Shown here piece by piece: positions 15,032 through 28,267 of a stretch of 64,000 nucleotides of DNA (positions are counted from its first letter, which is position 1; each line of letters starts with the position of its first letter). Source of the stretch: Chrysomallon squamiferum. Lineage: Eukaryota > Animalia > Mollusca. Made by a program: the position numbers and the translations under genes. The stretch lies in NCBI GenBank assembly GCA_012295275.1, contig CM022670.1:21452001-21516000 (forward strand), written 5' to 3'. The notes beneath the pieces are model-generated. The model ran no database searches and had not been told where the DNA came from. It saw nothing but the letters and a program-made list of their open reading frames with translations.

Positions 15032-18000
15032 GTGCTAATAGGAATTTTAAAAAAAGTGGAAAGAAACGGTTTAAGAAACTGTTTTCAGATATTACTATTT
15101 TTATCATCAAATTCTGTCACTTTCAATTTAGTTTTTAAAAGCAATAGTAATAAGGGAATATATTTAAAACTTAAAAAGCTGTCTGTTATCAGATTTTCAC
15201 TGACAGAATAAAGGTATTTGTAAAAAAAAAATGTTTAAATGTTTTCAGGGATGAATCTGAACCAGAGATGATTGTTGACAGTGATGCAGTGAAACCTGAA
15301 GGCTGGCTTGATGATGAACCTGAACTTATACCTGACCCATCTGCACAAAAACCAGCTGATTGGTAACAGAATAAACACTTTGTTCTTTCTTTTTCAAAAA
15401 CAAAACAATAACTGTGAAAAATATGTTTTCAGAGTGAAACTGTATTAACAAAATGTCATAACTGGTGTTTAAAACAATTAGTAAAAATTACCTTATATAC
15501 ATAGATGACAAATTCTTTAATAAACAGTAATCGTATTTCCAATTTGATTTTAAAATCTTCCTGGGATCTTATCACTAAATAAGACTGTATTACTAAAAAC
15601 AAATAAGAACAAAAAAAAAAGAACAACATTGGATCCCCAGATTGTGAATAGTATCTTCTCTTCAAAAAGTGTTGAACAATTCTTTGTGAAATTTACATAC
15701 TTAATATTGCTCTTAGTAGACAACTCTATTTTACAAATGGTTATATGTTCCTGTGCGATTATTTAAGAATAATAAAAAAAAGACTAAATGTGATGTTTGT
15801 TTTTCTCCAGGGATGAAGATATGGATGGTGAATGGGAAGCACCAATGATAGGTATGTTACACTGTTGTAAAATATTTGTATGTAGATTTGGCACCAGTTT
15901 TCATATTTATTATTTTTTATTTTTTCTATTTTTTTAATTATTTTTTTATATTGTATCTCTGTTTTGTTAATATTTAAATGTTAGAAGTTTTAATGTGAGC
16001 ACTTAAATGTGGTAATAAAAATAGAGATTAAATATGTTGTATATTTTGTAGTGTATTATAAAGGTTAGTCTATTTTTGATACTTTTTATTGATTAATTGA
16101 CATTTATCATGATAGTCTATTTAGATCATATTCACTGAATTGTACATATTTGTTACAGAAAATGTTAAGTTACATTTCAAATGAAAGGAGCCATATTTCA
16201 GTTAATTTTCAGATAACTGCCTCTAGTTTGTATGAATGTTTTACATATTTACATGAACCTTTAAAAGAGTTTATTTTTATCTATCTTCATTTTTTTTAAT
16301 TAATTTTATTTTATTTTTATCATCTATTGATTTTCATCTTTAGCTTCCTTATAAAGCTCTTGGATTTTACTTCTTCTTCAAGAGATAATAATAATAATAA
16401 AACAACTAAATATTTTTTTTATTTTGATATACAGAAAATCCAAAATGCAAATCTGCTCCAGGATGTGGATTATGGAAACCACCAACAATTAAAAATCCAA
16501 AATACAAGGGCAAGTGGTCAGCACCCATGATTTATAATACAAACTACAAGGTATGTCAATAATACATTTCAAGGAATATTGGTATCTTGTTGACAAGATA
16601 TTAATAATAAATATAATTATGGATATTGATAACCATGCTTACAAGATATATTGATAAAACAGATGACAAGGCATTTTGATAATTTTCAAGATTTATTAGT
16701 GGTCCTAAATGCTTTGTCTGTACAAGGTAATCCTGGCTGCCAATTCATGGATCTTAATTGTAAGTTAAACCAACAATATTAATAACAACTTGTAATAATA
16801 ATGCTATTTGAAGAATGGTTTTATAATCATAATTTCAAGTTTGTTTTAGCACACCACCAACACTTATAATAAAATCCACTTGTAACAGTTGCACAAAAGT
16901 GATTTGATTAGTAAATAATCCAAATTATCCAAAAATAATGAGAGTTGTATCTTTTCTTGTTAAATTTTAATTTAAAATTTGTTTCTTTTATCAAATGTTG
17001 GATTTAAAAAAAAAATAACAGTAACAAAAATTGTTATTCAGGGTGTGTGGAAACCAAGAATTATTCCCAATCCTGAATACTATGATGATGCTCAGCCATA
17101 CAAAATGACTCCAATTGTAAGTATTGTTTATTCTGTTTTATTAATTGCACATTTTACTTCCATGTAGTTGTTGTTAGAAGCAATATTAATGCTATTATTT
17201 AATGGAATACTTACTCTGAAAATTGACAAGATGAGTTCATGATTAAAATATGTTTATCATCTATAGTGTATGATAGTCTTTTGGATTATTACCACTAAAC
17301 CATGGCAATAGAACAAAAACTGCAGTTTATGGTTCTACCTATAAGAAAAGTGTATATTAAATTCCTTTATTTAGAAAACATTAATTCTTGAATTGTGGTT
17401 GATGCTTATAAATGTTTGTAAATGGAAAAATCAGCAGAATCATTATTAATATTAATTTGTTTGTGCATAGATTCTTGTTTCTTTTACAAAACTGATTACT
17501 GAGTACTGACATTTTTGTTACATCATCATCATTGCTTAAATTTGGAATGTGCATTATAATAAATTCCTTCAAATAATGTTAATTAATATTTACAGTTTGG
17601 AATCTTTTTATTATTTTTTAATAATTTAATTTTTAATTTTATTCTATTTTATTTATTTTTTTATTTTTTTATTATAGGAAGGGTTGAATTGGGAATTATA
17701 ATTACAAAATTTTGATAATTTCATAACCATGTTTATTCTGTAGAATGTGAACACAATTTAAATGATAATTTAAATATATTTAACAAACATTGGTTTCAAT
17801 GTATTTCAGGAGGCTGTTGGCCTTGAACTCTGGTCAATGAGTGATGACATTGTTTTTGATAACTTCATAATAACTGATGACAGAGAGGTAGCTGCACAGT
17901 GGGCTACTGACACTTGGGCTTTGAAAAGTGTTGAGGAAAGAGCTGCAATAACTTCCAGTGTAAGTATAAACAGTGAAATGATTGTGATTTCTATTCACAA

Positions 18001-20585
18001 TTATATATGATTTTATTCTATTTTTTTAAATTAATTACAATGACTGTTTTCTTGTTGCAGTCTGAATTATTAAGTTGTATTGATAATCACTGACACATGG
18101 ACACAATGTTGTTATATTTTCTCATAGATTCAAAGCTGTTTCTTATATCAGAGGTTAAGCCTGATACATCAAAAGCCAGTCTGAATTGGTTCTGCTGATC
18201 AGTAGGATTAACTCTTGAACTATAATTCTTACACAAAATCATTATTTCCTTGTATAAATCAAAAAAAAAATTAAAAAGACAAAAACATTTACTCAATATG
18301 TTAAAAAAATATAAAAATATTGAAATATGTATAAATGATTGTGTAAAATAAATGTTTCTGCTTAAATCTTTAATGATTAACCATATTTTTCACTGTATAA
18401 GATGTGCTGTTTCAGAAATTTATATTTGTAAACTGTTTTCATTGAGACTGATAAAAGCTGCATTAAGTGACCTTTGGTAATAATTAAATTTCAGCTGTTA
18501 TATTTACTATGGTATAAAATGTAATGTATCCTGGTTTCTCAAAGGCATTGATTTGTGCTTTCCTACATGGAGGTGAAAGTAAAAACTTCTTTTGATTCTA
18601 ACTGACCTTAGCCATCATTGGCATAGCTAGAATGTCATATTGTCATGAAATTGTAATTTTAACATCTGTAAGCAAATATTAATTCTTTTTGTTTGCTGAT
18701 GTGAGGCTACATTACATAGAAATGTAAAATAAACAGATTTTTCTCATTTCAGAACTCATTCATTCAGGCAATTAAAAACGCAACAAATGAAAGGCCATGG
18801 TTATGGGCTGTGTTTGTTGTTGTTGTTTTGTTGCCTATTGTTTTAATAATAGCCTACTGCTGTATGTCAAAGGTAAGACAGCAGGAGCTGTGGATTAACA
18901 GAATCATTACATATAATAACCTTGGCTTGCATGTTTGTTGACCCTAATCCCTGTATTACTGTTTTTATTTTTGTTTGTTCTTAAATACCAGTATCTTAAT
19001 TTGAAGCCTGGATGAGGAAAGGTATATTTCCGATTTATTTGTTTTTGGTTCAGTTTTTATTTTGAAAAAATGAAGAGACTGAAACATGTATGTAAGTAAT
19101 ATTCCCTATTTTATAACATCACACTACAACTGTTAAAATACAAGAAAATCAGCCATGTAGTTATCTTTTTCATCCAGATGGTTCATTTTAAGATAAAAAA
19201 AACAAACAAAAAAAACAATCTACTTAGTCTTAACTAGTTTTGCATGAGCATTTTATAAGCGTTTTTTTTTTTTTTTTTTTTTAACCTGTTTCTTTAGACT
19301 ATTTGGTATCATGTGATAGAAGCCGCAGACAAGTGGAAAATACTATGGGTGGTGTATCTTGTAATTCTCATAATGCCAATAGTGCTACTGATTAGATGTT
19401 TGTGTCCACAACAAGGACCCACCAAGGTAGATGGCACTGAAGTATAGAGCAGACTATAATTTTATATAAAATTTAAATATAAAATTGAACTTTATTAGTA
19501 GTAAATTGATATGAACAGAATTCAGCTGACACTATGTCTCCTTAGATACCTTAAATACCTTAAATGTGCGTGAATGCATGCTCATTTGAGGAAAATCAGA
19601 TGGAAATTTAAAACCTTACTTTTAATATTTTTCCTGTGTTTTTTTTTTTATTATTATTAATTTAATTTAATTTAATTTTATTTTATTTTATTTTATTTTT
19701 TTGTATTTATTTTTATATATATATATATTTTTTTTTTTTTCTTCTTCTTAAACATAATAAAGTAAAATTTAAATACACTATTTACAATGACAATTAAATT
19801 TTCATTTTATATATTCTGTTTCCTGCAGTCAACTTAAATTTTGATTATCTGATTTAATTTTTTAATTTTTATTTATTCATTTTTGGTCTGTTTCCTCACA
19901 TTAAAAAAAAAATAAATAAATAAATAAAAATTTCTCAATCTAAAACATTATACTTAAAGTACTTGCTGCTGTTATTTGAAAGGTGAAGACGTATCCAAAT
20001 GAGTGCAGTAAAAAACTGCAGCAGTAGTACAATTTTAAATTCAAATCATATTTATCTTTTAAGTCGTTAGCTTAAGATTTTCTCTATTTGCCTGTTATTT
20101 ATTATTTAGACTTCTTGTTTTATTTTCCTAGAAAGTTAAAATATCTTTTTAAAAATAACTTGGGAAAGGAGTTTGGAAATTGCCAGATTTGGTTCTTACA
20201 TATTTATGCATGTCTCCTGCTTATATCTCTGCCATTTTTTCTCTTTGTGTTTGTAGAAGATGCTTAAGTTAATAGTTGCTTAGTGCATGGCTTCTTTTGT
20301 CTTCTTTATAAATAATATATTCAGAAAGATTTATACTTCTTTACTTGCTAGTTTGCTAATAATACTGTGATAACTTGAAGTGTACTTACAGTATGAACAA
20401 ATATTCTAAATATATTTTATATACTAAGCTGATGTGCATCAATTTCTGTATTTTTTAAGTAACAATATAATAATAATAAACAGTTACTGATGAAATTCAG
20501 AGGTTGAAACATTGTCAGCTGTTTGCAAAAACAACAAAAACGTCTTGCCAGCCTGGAAGTCATTACAAAATTTGTCATAATTGTA

Positions 20586-20633
<48 letters not shown>

Positions 20634-22284
20634 TTTAAGTCACAGCTGTCAAACTCTTGTAGGAAAGGTTGGGGTAAAGTACAAATATATTTAAGCCATT
20701 TGTATAAATATAGGTACACTTCATGTTTATTTCTGCTTTGGTTTCAAATTTATATATTGAATTTTAATAGCATGCATGTGAATGTTTATATGCACAATAT
20801 CACTGACTCCTGTATTTTGGTGACAGTTAAAATATCCTTTATAATTTTTTATTATTTTTTATTTTTTATTTTTTTTATATATATATATATATTTTTTTTT
20901 TTCATTCTTTCCTGATTTTTTTTTTTTCATTACTTTTTATTCACTTATTATTATTATATATTTTTTTAAAGATAATTATTATAAACAATTTCGGCATCAG
21001 TTGTAACTGATAATTGTTTCTTGATACTATTTATATTCAGAAAAACCCAACATATTTCCATTTTTTGAGGAGTATTTATTAATTACATAAATTTCATTTA
21101 CATTTATCTAAATTATGTTGTTTTAATTGAGATGATTTTATTAATCAGATTTTTCTGTTACATATTAATCTACAGCAACAATTTCTTAAAAAATAAACAA
21201 TTTCAATAAAATTTTTGTCAGTCTGAGGATGTTGATGCTCTAAAGAAGAAAACTGATGAAGTGACACCTGATGATGCAGTTGATGAAGCCACTGGAGACT
21301 CTAAGAACATAGAAAATACTGAGACAACAGCAAATGCAGGAGCAGGGGGTGATAATAACTCTAGTGATGTTAAGAAGTCCAGCAAAGCTGATTTAGAGTC
21401 AACTCAGGTAATTGTGTGAGAATAGGAGGAAAAAATATCAGTTTCAAATGGATAAAAAAATGATAATGAACTGGTTGAAGTGAATTAGGTATCTGGTGCA
21501 AGATGAATTACAGTTTGCCCATTTAATTTTTTTATTGAATCATTAAAATGTGGAAATTTTTATTTTGAAAATGAATGATGAAGCTAGTGAAAGATATTCT
21601 AAGTAAGAAAATTATTAAGGAGTGGTGGAGATGTTTATGGGCCTCATTAAACCTTAATATCTATCTTCTGTTTGCAGGAGGGAGGTGAGGATGAAGAAGA
21701 AGAGGAAGAAATTAAAACTACCACCACTGATTCACCAAGGTAAGTACATCCCTGTGCAGCCATTATTTTTAATTCTTGGTTTTTATCGTAATTTTACTTT
21801 CTTTTCATACACTTATCATGATGATTGAGATGATATTAATTTTGGTTGAAAGAGTGATATTGAATCAGCATATTAAATATTACAAATATGATTGAGTTTG
21901 GTCAGATAAACAGGTTGTTCCTCATTTTGAGTAGTCAGATATTCCCCATATTACTCTTATGTATGTTAATGTATGTCTGTCTTTGACTTTTTATCTGTTG
22001 CATAGATGCAAATACTTCTATGCGCAGCACAATACATATTTATTAACAGAAATAAACAGACAAAAAGAAGTACATTCATACACTTAAAATGCTTATATAA
22101 ACATGCTTGTGATTTTGTGAAGTTGAAATGAGCAGATTTAACAAAACAAAAAGAAGAGGAAAAAAACCCTGCTAAATATGCATTTATTATTATTATATTT
22201 TATTTTATTTTATTTTATTTTGTATTTATTATTATTTTTTTTTTCAGAAAATCTCCAAGAAAGAGAAAGTCTAGAAAGGAGTAA
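7063..22284 (+). CDS. CANX: Calnexin (ER lectin chaperone), about 592 aa, spliced
   Basis: Coding exons: 7063-7191, 7506-7585, 7936-7994, 8563-8627, 9870-9946, 10194-10277, 10756-10824, 11210-11257, 11532-11607, 13743-13821, 14184-14258, 14875-14910, 15249-15362, 15811-15851, 16435-16550, 17042-17116, 17810-17959, 18753-18872, 21222-21407, 21678-21739, 22248-22284. It has a signal peptide, [31 protein letters not shown]-domain repeats ([28 protein letters not shown]), GLELWSM, a TM segment, an acidic tail and C-terminal RKRKSRKE*. All introns are GT-AG. Phases agree except for one missing base near 10262-10265. Confidence 0.97.
12227..12684. mobile_element. MITE with Tc1/mariner-pogo-type terminal inverted repeats, in a calnexin intron
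   Basis: CAGTGAAACCCCTCA starts at 12227 and TGAGGGGTTTCACTG ends at 12684, followed by TA. No internal ORF. Confidence 0.8.
18753..18872 (+). CDS. CANX: Calnexin transmembrane exon A (canonical-type)
   Basis: Phase 0-0, 120 nt: [40 protein letters not shown]. It contains the conserved ERPWLW motif and juxtamembrane CC. Confidence 0.95.
19298..19426 (+). CDS. CANX: Calnexin alternative transmembrane exon B (duplicated, putatively mutually exclusive)
   Basis: Long poly-T tract plus tctttag acceptor, and AAG|GTAGAT donor. Phase 0-0, 129 nt, no stops: [43 protein letters not shown]. It aligns without gaps to exon A through the TM segment. Confidence 0.85.
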
Positions 22285-25200
22285 TTAAAGAATATTTGTA
22301 GCAGGTTGGTGTGCATTTGATGCTATGAAAGAAATGTCTGAAAGAAGCACGACTCAAAAAGCTGTAAATTTCATTCTGTTTAAAACTAACTGTTGTTGCA
22401 GTATTAACAATGGGTTCAGATATATTCAGCATTAAAATGTGTTGAAAATGTTTGTTACATTTCTGAGGTGTACGGAAATCAAACTGTATTTTGTACTAAG
22501 TTGAGATTTTTAAAATGTTTCACGTTTTTAATTTGGTTTCACCGTCTTTTTCATCTTTTTCATGCTGATTAAAATGTTTTGTTTCTGCTTCTTATTTATT
22601 TATTATTAACATTAACATTATTTTTTTTATTATTATTTTCTTTCCCTAATTAAAATGTCATTACAGTTCAAGAAAGAAGATTTTATAACAACATTTCTGT
22701 TGTTTTATTAATAATAAATTTAAGATTTTGTTCTCATGTTAAATTCATGGTGACGGATAATTTGAGGTGTTTGTGCTGTTTCATCTATTAAAACCATACC
22801 TTGAAATAACTGAGAAAAAAGAAGTTAAAAATGTTACAAATTATACTCTCTAATAATTAGGTGATGATTATTTAAAAATAATACTAATAAAAAAAATGTT
22901 TATAATATAACTTGAATCAATTCCAATTTTATGAATTTTAAAGCTGATAATTACCTACTTCATAGAACAGTTAAGTGTTTTACTTTTTGTAATTTATATT
23001 TAAAAAAAAAAAAAGAGAACATTTGAGATTTGTTTAAGAGCAATTAATTGTAAAGAAATATTTTCTATTAATCCCTGATATTGCTGTAGATTTATCATGT
23101 TAAATATCAGGTTGAATAAAGCCATCAATGTTGATACTGATTATTTTTTTACAGTAACAGTTCATTAAAAAGTACATGTTGTTTGGATCTTGAATTCCAG
23201 TAAGATAATAACAGTTAAGAGTATATTTGAAAAACATAATTTTGGGGTAATAAGAAAAGATCCAGATAAATTGCTTTTGCAATAATGAGTTAACTATATT
23301 CATAACAAATAGTGCTGTTATGGTAATTTTATATTTTGACATTGTCAACAGGATTTTTAAAAAACTATGTTGCCATACAGACTTATTTGATTTTAATTGT
23401 GATCCCTTTAACAGAGAAAACAAAATAAATCTTGTAAAGTTTAAAGCATTAAGTAAGTAACTGTTTTTCATACTGAGTTTGCTGTTATCGTCAAAAACAC
23501 TGCATTGTTATATATGTGAATCATTGAAATATTGCACTTTCATTGATCTGTTTAACCTCACCAAGCCAGTGGCATTCAATGTCTGACAGTCATTCATTAA
23601 ATGGCTTTAGCTAGGAATTTTCTTACCTACTGACATATACACTCCATTCATAATACCAGTATTGCTTTGATTCATTTGAAGAACAAAAATTACACCTCCA
23701 CTATTTATTTTTATTGAATCAATATTTTGATTCAAACTTTTACATTTGGATGATTAAAAATCAGTTATCTGTAACATTAAGAAGTTACAAATATGTATAT
23801 ATTTATATCACTGTTTCTACCTTCTTAATTTTATGACTTCATTTTTTATTTGTATTTTTTTTTTAAGTTCCATTATTTTGTGTTGCTGGAATATTTAAAC
23901 CCAGATTATGAGTGAGTGGGCTGTAGTGAAAAGAACTAATTGAATTTAATTAAACTATGTTAATTGAGATATGTATTTGTGTTTACATTTCTGTGTGAAT
24001 GTGGAAAGTTAACAGGTCTCTGAAATTGTGGTGTGTGTCAGATTTCGACTATATGCAAAGGAAATTTGATGATATTTCATCAGTTCTGTTGTTATCGTTT
24101 TCCATAGAAGATGCTTGATTCTCAAAATGACCTAGAAAAATATCTTTGCCAATACATTTTAGTTAATTAGAAATATAACTGAAATCTTTTACTAATTTTT
24201 TATCTAAAAGAAAAAATATCAGAAATAAAAGCTTTTGTGCTTTTAATACTGTAATCACAAAATTAATGTAATATTAAAACAGGTCGATATTCACATTAAT
24301 AATATAAATGATTTGAACATTCCATTGAGTAGTAGAAAAACAAAAAATGTATTATGAATTGTTTTAAAAATTTGCAACGTTTTCAAAAATATATGGATTA
24401 AACACATTAGTTCTGTCAAATGCATTATTAGATATTTATAATTGAGAGGTAACTCACATCTGTGTCTGACCTGAGCAACTTGCCTTACAGAAGTGTTAAT
24501 TTCATGATTTACAGTACTGTGTGTGTACTCAGTTAAACAGAAATTCATTTAACCACTGTCTTTCCTGTTAATCTGTAGTTTTTTTTTTTTTTTTTTTTTC
24601 AGGTATTTATAAAAAAAAAAAAAAAAAAAAAAAATTACACTATTTCAGTTTGTTAGTGTGGGTTGTTTTTGTTTGTTCTTATTCAGCAGAAATGTATAAA
24701 CTGATTTCTTTATTAGACATAATCTACTTTTACTCTTGATCCAATAATAAAAGTTACATAATAAATCAAGCTTTATTATCATTGTAATTATTTGGTGTTG
24801 TAACTTTTTCAGATGTGTTAGGGCTTAATTTTAAATGTAAATATTAAAAATTGAGGAACTTCTGTTCAAATGAACAATATTTGCTAGTTTGAAAACCAGG
24901 GCCAAAATTCATCATACAAGAACCAGAACAGAATAAGATGATCCGATTGCATTGTATAATGATGAAGACTTACTATAGAAATCAGTCAAAATCAGCAATA
25001 GTAGCATAGTTGTAACATAAGATAAAAAAGGTAGAAGACAAATATGCAAAAACATTAACACATTATAGTTGTATCTGCATCTGGCTCTCTTGTGAAGAAT
25101 TACTAGATGATAAATTTTGTTTTTGTATTTAACATTTTCACCAAATGTAGAAGACCAAAATATATATATATATTGTTGAAATGTATATCACAATGGAAAA

Positions 25201-27827
25201 TTAATCTTGCCGGTGATTTAGTTTAATTTTGTGTTTCCATTTTTGGAATTGTGAAAATCATTTGTTAGTTTTATCTTCAAATAACAAACTTCTTTTTGTA
25301 CAGTTTACCAAGTTCTGTATTTTTGATGGGTGAAAAACAATTTAAAATTATGTAATGATTTTATAATGTTTTAAATTTCATGATTGTTTGTATTAGTTTT
25401 TAAAATAAATAAATATTTGAAATTGCAAGGTGTTTATTTCTGTCAGAAATTTAAAAAGAAGGGAAAATTGTTTGAAATGAAAGTTTTCATTTTTGCCAAA
25501 TTTAGAAATCTATACAGTATATGTATAGTTATGGTTGTGTTGGGTATTTTTTTTAAAGGTCATATGGGTTATGATTACATGCTAATATATTTGAATGTTC
25601 AGATGTGTAATTTAACTTTTAACGTTGAATTATGTGTAAAATAAATTCAAGTTGAAATTTTTAAAATAGTTTGTTGTCAAAATGAAAATCCAGTTGGGAA
25701 TGTTATTTAAAATATGCAATGGTAGTAAACAAATATGGAGCAAGTATAAATTTCTTTTCATCTTCTAAATATCTGGAATATATATATATACACATACATG
25801 CATGTATGTGTAATGAATTTTTACATCTGGGAAACCAAAGTTAGTTCCTGATTCTAAATGTAAAATAATATTCATTCTTAAACTTTTCTTTAAATTTTTA
25901 ATGTTCTTATTTAAAAAAAAAAAAAAAAAAATTTGTTTTTTTGTTTTATGTTAAAGGCAGTTTCTGTTAAGACCATTATTACTGTCTTTTCCTTTATGAA
26001 GTGTACATACATTTCTCCCTATCGCAACAAAAAGAATGCCTGTCTAAATTCTGGACTTTTTTTTTTCCAATCTGAATATCAACCTATGGGTCTATACAGG
26101 CACTGGGCTTTTTACAGTTATCTGTCTGAAGGTGGTACATTTTTGCTGCACATAGAATCAGGAATTAAATCACAATAATGGCTTTGGAGCTAGTACTGAA
26201 AACTGATATCCATCCACAATGTTTTTATTTTGGTAGAAAAGGCCTCGAAAATAACACAGATCTAACAACTCCAGCAGAAACAAAATCATAGATGCTTTTG
26301 AAAGTTCTGAATGTCAGAAAAGAATTTGGTAAAATAAGCTAAAAGTTAACAGTATTCAACTATAAATTTTTGTATCTGTGCAAACTAGAGAGAGGAGTGA
26401 TGATAAAACTGTTATGGCATAAGGAATATGATGAATACTTGCACAAGTTTAAATATCTTCAAAATGTGTAAACCCTGATTTGATGTGCAGGGTCACTTCT
26501 GATAATCAGTTTCTAACGAGAATGTGAAACTATTTTTACTGTGCCAATTATGACTATAGCTTAGATCAAACATTGTCATAAACATTTATAAATCCATTTA
26601 GGTGAAGTAACATTATCATGTGAATAAATCACAACATGTTATTTCTAATTCATTATTCATCATCTCATGCAATTTTTGTAAAACAACTAATAATGCTTTG
26701 ATGATAATAGGTTGAAGAGGAAACAAAAGACATTCTCATGGAAATAGTTTTACTCAAAAAATGTAAGCTATTTTCTTTAAAAATAACATTGTCTGGTGAT
26801 GAGTGAAAATATTAAAAATAATCATAAAAATATAAAAATCTGCTTCGATATTAAAAGCAGTTTATTTAGTTTTCCATTGTTTTGTATATTGGAATTTAGC
26901 TGTGTATTATACAACTTCTAATTTTCTTTTTACTTTTAATTTAAATTATTATTTATTTATTTTATTTTAGTTTTTTGTAGGATTTGAGGGGATAATCAAA
27001 GACTTTGTTTTGAAAGGTATCACAGTGTTGAATGAGAAAGAATCTGTATTATTATTGAACTAATTGTAATTAATGAAATTTATATAATACAAATTTGAAT
27101 AATTATGTTCGTTCTTTGATGTTACTATAATTCTGCAATATTTTAATTTTATTTATTTATTATTAATATATTTCTTTTTCTGTGTTGGTGAAAATAAAAT
27201 AAAATTTTGGATTTCTGAAGTATTTGTTGTTAAGGTTCATTTAAAGTGTGTTTAACTAGTTTGTTGCATGTCCAGATACTAAGAGACAGGACACATCTTA
27301 GTCTACAACGTACAATCAGTATCACAGTGATTTCTATTTGATGGTAATTTCTCATTCCTGCCATTGTTCTACATGTCACAAAGGCTGTGCTAATAAAACA
27401 AAAGTTATGCAATGAGGTTGTATTTCATAATCTAGTCTGCAGCAGATTAAAAATGTGTTCATACATTATCCCCAAAAAACAAAAAGAAAAAAAACAAAAA
27501 CAGTTAAAAATAAAAACTTAAAAATTCTTACAGAAAGCAAAAGGAAATTTTCAAAAACGAAGCAATGTAGAAATAGGTGTACTAATTCACTAAAAAAAAA
27601 CCTACTTCCTTCCGGAATTTTTTTACTCCGAACTAGTTTTTCAAGAACTTCTTGACGTGCACACCAGTTCTAGCATAGACCTTGTGTACTAGGGTAGGGT
27701 TGAAAAAAAATTAAAAAATAAAAATAAAGTGTTTGCATATTAGATATAAAATTACTTTTATTTTATTTAACAACAGTATAAGCCTTATAAAATCGGTAAA
27801 AGTTGACAGGTCAGTTACGTGTCATCT

Positions 27828-27838
27828 GGGGAATCCCC
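27828..27838. promoter_or_regulatory. NF-kB/Rel site
   Basis: Near-palindromic GGGGAATCCCC. Homologous positions in the duplicated units read GGGGAAACACC and GGGAAAACC (29679-29701, 32263-32285). Confidence 0.55.
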
Positions 27839-28267
27839 AAAAGACATTTGTATTATATGTGATATTTTTTTTTTCACATGTGAATTAAACGTTTTTAATT
27901 ATAATCATTAATAATAACAAATCATGAACAGGCATGTACTTTTATTTATAAAATAGATAGTTATATTTATTTGTAAATTAGACAGTTACAAGTTGATACG
28001 TCTGCCATTGGTCAATTTCAGTGACGTATTCATACAGAGAAACCCCCCAAGAGAAATTTTTGTTTTCTTGTATGTGGAGTTAAGTGTTTTCAGTCACATC
28101 GATTTATAATACCAAATTATGAACAGGTATGTACTGTTATTTATAAATTAGATAGTTATATTTATAATTTAATGAATCAATGAATTAATGAAACTTTAAT
28201 GACATCTTAGGTCGAAAAATATATCGGCTGTTGGATGTCAAACTATGGCTAAAACCAGGGAAAACTT

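Noticed and set aside
14911-15138. Poly-L, poly-N, poly-Y and poly-I ORFs here and at 36218, 57059 and 58266-58604
   Set aside because: They are translations of (ATT)n and (TAG)n microsatellites in introns. The 36218 ORF also runs into a real exon at 36375.
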